Shown here one piece after another: positions 57,921 through 64,000 of a stretch of 64,000 nucleotides of DNA. This DNA comes from Setoptus koraiensis (taxonomy: Eukaryota; Animalia; Arthropoda): positions 19,034,001-19,098,000 of the forward strand of contig CM106585.1 in NCBI GenBank assembly GCA_048013815.1, read 5' to 3'. The position numbers were made by a program, and so were the translations under genes. Every line of letters starts with the position of its first letter. Within the stretch, counting starts at the first letter, position 1. The notes beneath the pieces are model-generated. The model was not told where the DNA came from, did no database searches, and was given only the letters and a program-made list of their open reading frames with translations.

Positions 57921-60900
57921 AGCCTCGGAAAACAATCATCGCGCAAACGAAAAGCGACGGCCAGACGTGCTCAGATGGCACAACAGGGCATAATGGGCAT
58001 TGTTTCGGCGCGTTGTCAATCATCGCGGCAACTCGAATGCGGCTTGCGATGCGGATAATGTACGAAATATCACACTGACACACAATGCAAATTAGAGCCT
58101 CGTTGCGCCAGTGTGTGTGTGTGTGTGTGTGTGTGCCATATGGCGCCCTGGCGGGCGCATGCGGACAAGCCGTCATTGGCCTGGCGTCGGGCATGGCCGC
58201 TAGCTTGGCAGCGGTGGCTTGGTGGTTGTTGTTGGCATCATTGTTGCGAGCGGTTGGTGTCGTGGCTGCTGTTGTGATTTGGGGCTGGTGTGATATTGGG
58301 CTGATGTGACGCCGCATACGCCGAGCGTTGCCTTGTTTGGTCGGCGCGCTCATTACGTCACAATGTGCGTGATGGCGGCGCAGAAATGATTATATTATCA
58401 CAATTGCGAGAGCGACACCCATGCATGCGCCAGCAGCCATTGGCGCTGCGGCATCTCGCAAATTAAAATTGAACGCTGTCCGCTGTGTGATTTTTGGTTG
58501 CGTCAGAATTGAGAATTTTGTTTTCGAAATGGAGAATTTTGTTTTCGAAATTGAGAATTTTGTTCGGTTCGAGCGTCGAGCACACACCGAGCCAGCGCAC
58601 AACAAGTTGGCCAAGATCAAGATTGTGTGACAAGCGAGCGGCAACGAATTCGAGCGAGCGAGCGCGCCCACGCTCGCAGCGTCCGCATTTGGCCGTGCCC
58701 GGCCGAGCGCTCGACGAGAGGCAATCGATTGAGCTGATTGCAGCGGCCGGCCGCGGCCATAAATCGATCTGATATACGTATCGCTCGCTTCGAATTCCCA
58801 GTTTTCAGTTCTCGATTCGAAGTTTCCCATTCGCGATTCTGCGCTCGCCGCTGGAACGCCGATGCGATATGCTGACGCAACACACACACACACATTAGCG
58901 ATGTTGCATTATGATTAATTTATTGACCTTACCAGTTCATTATTCATGGCCAGCCATGGTGAGTCAGTGGCCGGCTATCAGCGGCTGCCGATCTCAACTG
59001 GAGCGACTGTTGCCTCTGACGAGCGTCCAGTTTTCGTTGGTTGGGCGAGCAAAAATGAGCGTTCGGCCGGAGCGAGCGTTTGGCCAGATGGAGCGTTTAG
59101 TTGCAGTGAGCGGCCGCTCGGGCGGGCCAGCCGACGGGCCCGACGAGCGAGCCAACGGGCCAAATGAGAGCCGTTTAATGCGCCATTTGATGCTATCAAA
59201 TATCGCTCGTATCAGATCGGGTGATCGCCAGTGCGGCCAGCCGCTGTCAAAACAAACCGTCCCGCCGGTCAACAGGTAACAGGCGCTCGGTGTGTGGCGG
59301 CCGGCCGTCAGCTGAGCGTCGCCCGAGCGGCCAAACGTTCGTTGCAGTGTCCGGCCGCGGTGTGTCGCAGGCGCGATTGGTCCGGTCGCAACTGGCCAGT
59401 GGCGGGCGCTCGCATGTCAATGTTTGTTTGGCGTCTTGTTTTGCTTGTTTTAGCGAGTTCTCGCCCGTTCTCAGCTCGATTTCGCCCGCTCTGGGCTCGA
59501 TTTCGAGCGTTTAAGCTCGCCAGCGAACGCACAAACAGGCAGCCCACACACTCGAGAATTTCTCGCTCTCTCGCATCTCTCACAAGTGAGCGAGCAGAAA
59601 ACAATGGCGACCAAACGCCGATCGTTGAGCCGCCAAACTGCCCACTGCCCACTGACAGCGCACCTGGCGGCCGGACCGGCCGCACAGCTGACTGGACCGG
59701 GCGACCGGGCAGGCGGGCGGCCAGTGCAGCGGCATGCGATTTACATGATTAATTTCATTAGCGCATTAACACCCGGCCGCCGCACTGACGCCGCTACAAA
59801 TACAACTTGTCGCGGCAATATCAGTATCCCGCTCACATACGCCGCTGCATACTGATTGCGGGTCGCTTGTCGTAGCGGCGCCCACAATTGTAATTATGTC
59901 ATAGCTGTTATGCGACCGGCAACAGTTTCAACAATTTGATTATCGCCCAATATTTGCGCGCAAATTGAGCGTGTGACTGCGCCTTTTTGGCTCGGCCAGT
60001 GGCGCACAGTCAGGCCAATGGCCATTCCCTTGGTCTGACTGTGCGCCAGACGGGTGGCCTGTGCCAACTGTGCACTTGTGGCACAGTTGGCGCCGGCCGA
60101 GCTGATTTAATTAGCTCAACTGTCAACCGTAACTGTCAATTAATGGGGCACCATTTTGAGCAGCGTTCTGCCGAGCAATTGAGCGCAGTTCCAGGGCGCT
60201 CATGGGCGCCCCTTTGCGCACACGGGCCGCACAAGTGCGCAGCTCGGACACAATTGAGCCGCCAAGTGAAACCAATTGAGCGATGCGATCATGACTCATT
60301 GGCGGGCCGGCATCGGCGCACCGTCCCGACGCACTCACACGTTAACCGGGGCCCCGTGACGTAACACGGGCGAGCCATTTACATCACCACGATCAGTTCA
60401 TCTATTGGCGACGCATACCGCTAATAGATAAACTGACTAAATATACGGATATTTGGCCCTCGAGCGGCCGGTGCCGCTGCTTCGGCTTGAGGGTGGCCGC
60501 CAGTGGCAGCCACTCTCAATCAGGTGGACATTTGCTGGGCGCCCTTTGTCCCGCAACTAGCAACTCGCGGGCCAGTTGGTGGTGCAGCGGCCATTGCGCG
60601 CTAATTAATGTGCCCGCGCGTCCGATGGGAGGCGCATCGCGCGACACACAATTCAGGCGTTCGGCTGGACAACGGATAAATTACATTGTGAGTCGCCCGG
60701 CAGTGCAAGCAAGGGGGTGCTCGCATGTCGCGGGCAACAGTGCGCACCGATCGGGCCACTCGAATAAATAAATGGGCGCGTTTGCAGCGACTTGAGGCCC
60801 GCCAGTTGTCACATTGAGGGATTGCTAATCAAATTAATTACCTCTGCTTACCTGTTTGCGGCGCGACAGTGCGACATTGGCGTGACTTTGCGCTCCATTG

Positions 60901-62037
60901 GGCACTTGCGAGCGAGAGCCCGCTGGCCGGCGCGGCCCGTCGCCCGAGCGCGCACACAAGCAAACAACAATTGATGTCTTTTTGTCTGGCGCTGGCCCGC
61001 CGGCCGGGCCGCTCGCCCGTCGCCGTTGCCACGCGCTACGCGCCAGCCGACGAACGCACCTGAGCGAGTGGCCCGCCCAAACCGGGGCCCGAAGCGAGGA
61101 CGGCGCGGGCCGAATTGCTGTTGGCCGGCGACTTTGGGGCGCGCGATGGACGAACTTTTCGCTTGGATGACAATGCCGATCATGCGGCCGACGGGATCGG
61201 CCGCGTACGTGCCCTGTCTGGCGGCTCGGCTGGCTTGGCTGGCTGTATATGCACGATGGATGAATGTGCACGATGGACGAATGTGCACGAGCCCCGGCGG
61301 AGCCCGTTGCGAGCCAGTCTGGCCAGCGGCCGCTCATTACGTGTCATGCAATGCGTGCTACGTGCCAGTGTTACGTCACACAATCGCATATCCGAACGCA
61401 CACACACACACACACGCAGCGAAAGTGAGAAGAAAATTGATTTTGCTCAAAATCAATTTTCGCCCCATAATGGCTATTCATGGCCGCTGCAGCCGTGCCC
61501 ATCGGCCTGCAGCCGTCAACGGGCCGGTGGGGCCCTTTGGCCCCCTCGGCGCTCTCAGGGCCGGCAATTATTATCGCCGCGCGTACGTACGCGCTGGCTG
61601 GCGGCCCGACAAACTGGCCGCCGGCCGCCGGCCGACGCTGGCTCGACGTGGGCGCATTGTTGTCTCGCCACGGAGCAAACGCCCAAAAGTGGCGAGCCAG
61701 CCACGGCAAACAATCCGCTGTTGCGAACAAGTGTCTTTTTGTTTTATCTGTGTTTGTTGTGCGTGCCGGCTGGCTGGCCGTTGCGGGTCACGAGACGCCC
61801 GGCCGCTCACTTTGGCGCACTCGGGCAACGGGACCCGCAGTGCTGCCTGTGGCGGCCGGCGGCGCGCTCACCGATCGACGGGGCCGACGCCGCGGATGCC
61901 ATGCATGCAGCCAATGCGGTCGATACGGCCGATAGGGCCAATATGGCTCGCGATATGGATATTTGGCAAGGCCACATCGGCTGTTTGTTGGCGTACAGCG
62001 CGTTGGCAAGGCCGTGCCCTCGCACACCAGCAAACAG

Positions 62038-62145
62038 CAACGAACGGCAACGAACGGCAACGAACGGCAACGAACGGCAACGAACGGCAACGAACGGCAA
62101 CGAACGGCAACGAACGGCAACGAACGGCAACGAACGGCAACGAAC
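62038..62145. repeat. 10-bp minisatellite (CGAACGGCAA x10, perfect)
   Basis: Ten identical blocks at 62041-62140. Confidence 0.95.
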
Positions 62146-63759
62146 AGCGACCATCGACAACAAACAAGCGGCCAATTTGGCCAAATTCTGGCCAAATTAG
62201 TCGAGTTTCGACAGCAAATCTGTGGCTGGCTGCGCGAACAAGGCCGACGAAACGCGGGCACGTGTTACACGCGCACGCATCCACCGGCTGACCGCGGCGA
62301 GACATGCGACGCAGCGGTCAGTTGCGTCATGTCGTGTCGTCGTGCCAGTTGGGGCCAGTTGCGCCCACTAAAACATACTTATTCATATATATTTATATTT
62401 ATTTATACAAAGCCGGCAGCGGTGAATATCTGTGCGGCGCACAGTTAATTTGACCACTGGCCAGAGTGGCGTTGAATTGTTTTTGGCGACCGTGTCCATA
62501 TGTCACACTGTTGCTGGCTTTGCCGTTACTTATTATCGCTGTCACAGCGCTCGCCGGTGACAGTTATTATGTGACAGCGAGCGCTGTTTTTGTTGTGCCC
62601 ACTCGGTGTGCCGTAGTGTCCACGCTGCTCACACAGACAAACAATCATTAGCGGCGTTATTATTGGCGCCGTTGTTGTTGTGGTTGTTGTCACTGTAGTT
62701 GTTGTTGTTATTATTATTGATGATGATGACTGTTGCGGTCACTTCCATTATCCGCTGCATGTGAGCGCATGCGGTAGGTGAGGCGTCCGCTCGAGGTCCG
62801 GCGCTCGCACTCGCCCGCATGCGGCCCGTCGTTGCGCCCGAGCGGCGCCCCGTTCGGCGAGACCCGTTAGTTGGCTCGCCACTAGATGTTGTTGGCGCAT
62901 AGAAGACGCAATTGGCCAATTCAATAATTGCGACCGCTGGCCGCTCCCGTCCTCAGACGCGACCGCTCACTGGCCACTGGTCGCCCGTAACAACTGACCG
63001 CGACCAGCGACGTGACTTTGCTCGGCTTGCACCTTCCAAAATATAACTTTGACAATATAACTATTGTACAACTTTGTCGTATAATAAGCTAACAGCTGAT
63101 ACACAACAAACAGATGATACACAACTTGGCCACAAATGCACACAAACGAATGAGTGTCAATTGTTTGATTTGATTATGTTGCGTCACACTCGCAACAAAT
63201 CAATGGGCATCGGTGACAAAACAATGGCAAACATGACATATGCACTCAATATCCCGATCATGTGACAGCGCCGCATTGAGTTGATCGGTCCGGCCGGCCG
63301 GCACAATGCGACGCAACGGGACGCAAAGCGACACAACGCCACACAATGCAACGGAATGCGCCACAATGTAATTATGCGACGTTGCGCAACGCGAAGCTCG
63401 TCGGATCGATCATTGCGTGATCCGTATACGCATAAATATATCGACCGTGTATAATATACCGACACACCGGCCCGGCAGCAACAACGGACGGCCACTGAAA
63501 CGGATATCAATTAGAGCGGCCGTCGATTGAAATGTGGGCGCCGCAAGAGCGCCAATTGGCAGCGTCATCGGGCCGTCGTATGATCGCGTCATCGTTTCGC
63601 CCACGGTGACGTGTGCCCGACAGCGACAACGATACAAGTTACATAATGCAACCGTTGCGGTTGGCCGGCAGCAGCATTGTTGCGACGCCCGCTGCAACAA
63701 CAAATCGCTGCCGGCCCAATCATTAGGCAGCTCGCTTGGCGAATATCCGCGCCGCCCCA

Positions 63760-63872
63760 CGCTGCAGATATCCGAGCCGCACCACGCTGCAAATATCCGA
63801 GCCGCACCACGCTGCAAATACCCGCGCGGCGCCCGGCTGCAAATACCCGCGCGGCGCCCGGCTGCAAATACC
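63760..63872. repeat. 25-bp minisatellite (GCTGCAAATA...), about 5 copies of two variants
   Basis: gctgcaaatatccgagccgcaccac and gctgcaaatacccgcgcggcgcccg units. Confidence 0.8.
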
Positions 63873-64000
63873 CGCCACCGGCGCCCATTCGGCTCAACAA
63901 ACTGGCAACAAATTGGCCCGGCCGGCAATTTGTTGCCGGCGCTGTCAGTGATCGGTGACAGACGACACAGCTCGCAGGATTTGTCAGTATCTGACACTGG

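Noticed and set aside
61026-62291. 421-aa and 361-aa overlapping ORFs
   Set aside because: GC-rich, Arg/Ala/Pro-biased, open in several frames on both strands, and extended by the 10-bp minisatellite; no domain motif.
62466-62557. Hydrophobic signal-like frame (VTLLLALPLLIIAVTALAG) with a possible phase-1 donor
   Set aside because: No in-frame ATG before the upstream stop and a weak donor (GTGACA); not supportable alone.

Overview
Eukaryotic genomic DNA with GT-AG introns, TATA/Inr promoters and microsatellites. It is probably from an arthropod, and a mite is my inference from gene content and short introns. 1.5-2.6 kb: two-exon CRAL-TRIO (MOSPD2-like) lipid-binding gene (+). 3.4-6.0 kb: three-Ig-domain Lachesin/Dpr-interacting-protein (DIP)-type surface protein (-), whose frame only closes if a 4-nt micro-exon (GGAG, 5201-5204) is included. 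10.5-14.1 kb: two secreted low-complexity proteins (+), one Lys/Val/Pro-repeat and one His/Lys/Asp-rich. 15-38 kb and 53-64 kb: mostly non-coding, GC/CpG-rich DNA full of short tandem repeats; the long ORFs there look spurious. One orphan signal-peptide exon lies at 32.4 kb. The main feature is 38.8-52.5 kb: a head-to-tail array of 15 intronless genes (-) encoding secreted cysteine-rich peptides with the framework C-x15-17-C-x3-C-x17-25-CCC. Most copies share a TATA/Inr/palindrome promoter module. Signal peptides are conserved, mature regions are hypervariable, and 9 of 15 end in a Gly consistent with amidation. A 90-bp MITE with an 8-bp target-site duplication sits in one spacer, and paralogous spacers show the empty site. 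No rRNA, tRNA, CRISPR array or autonomous transposon was recognised. All coordinates and counts were done by hand.
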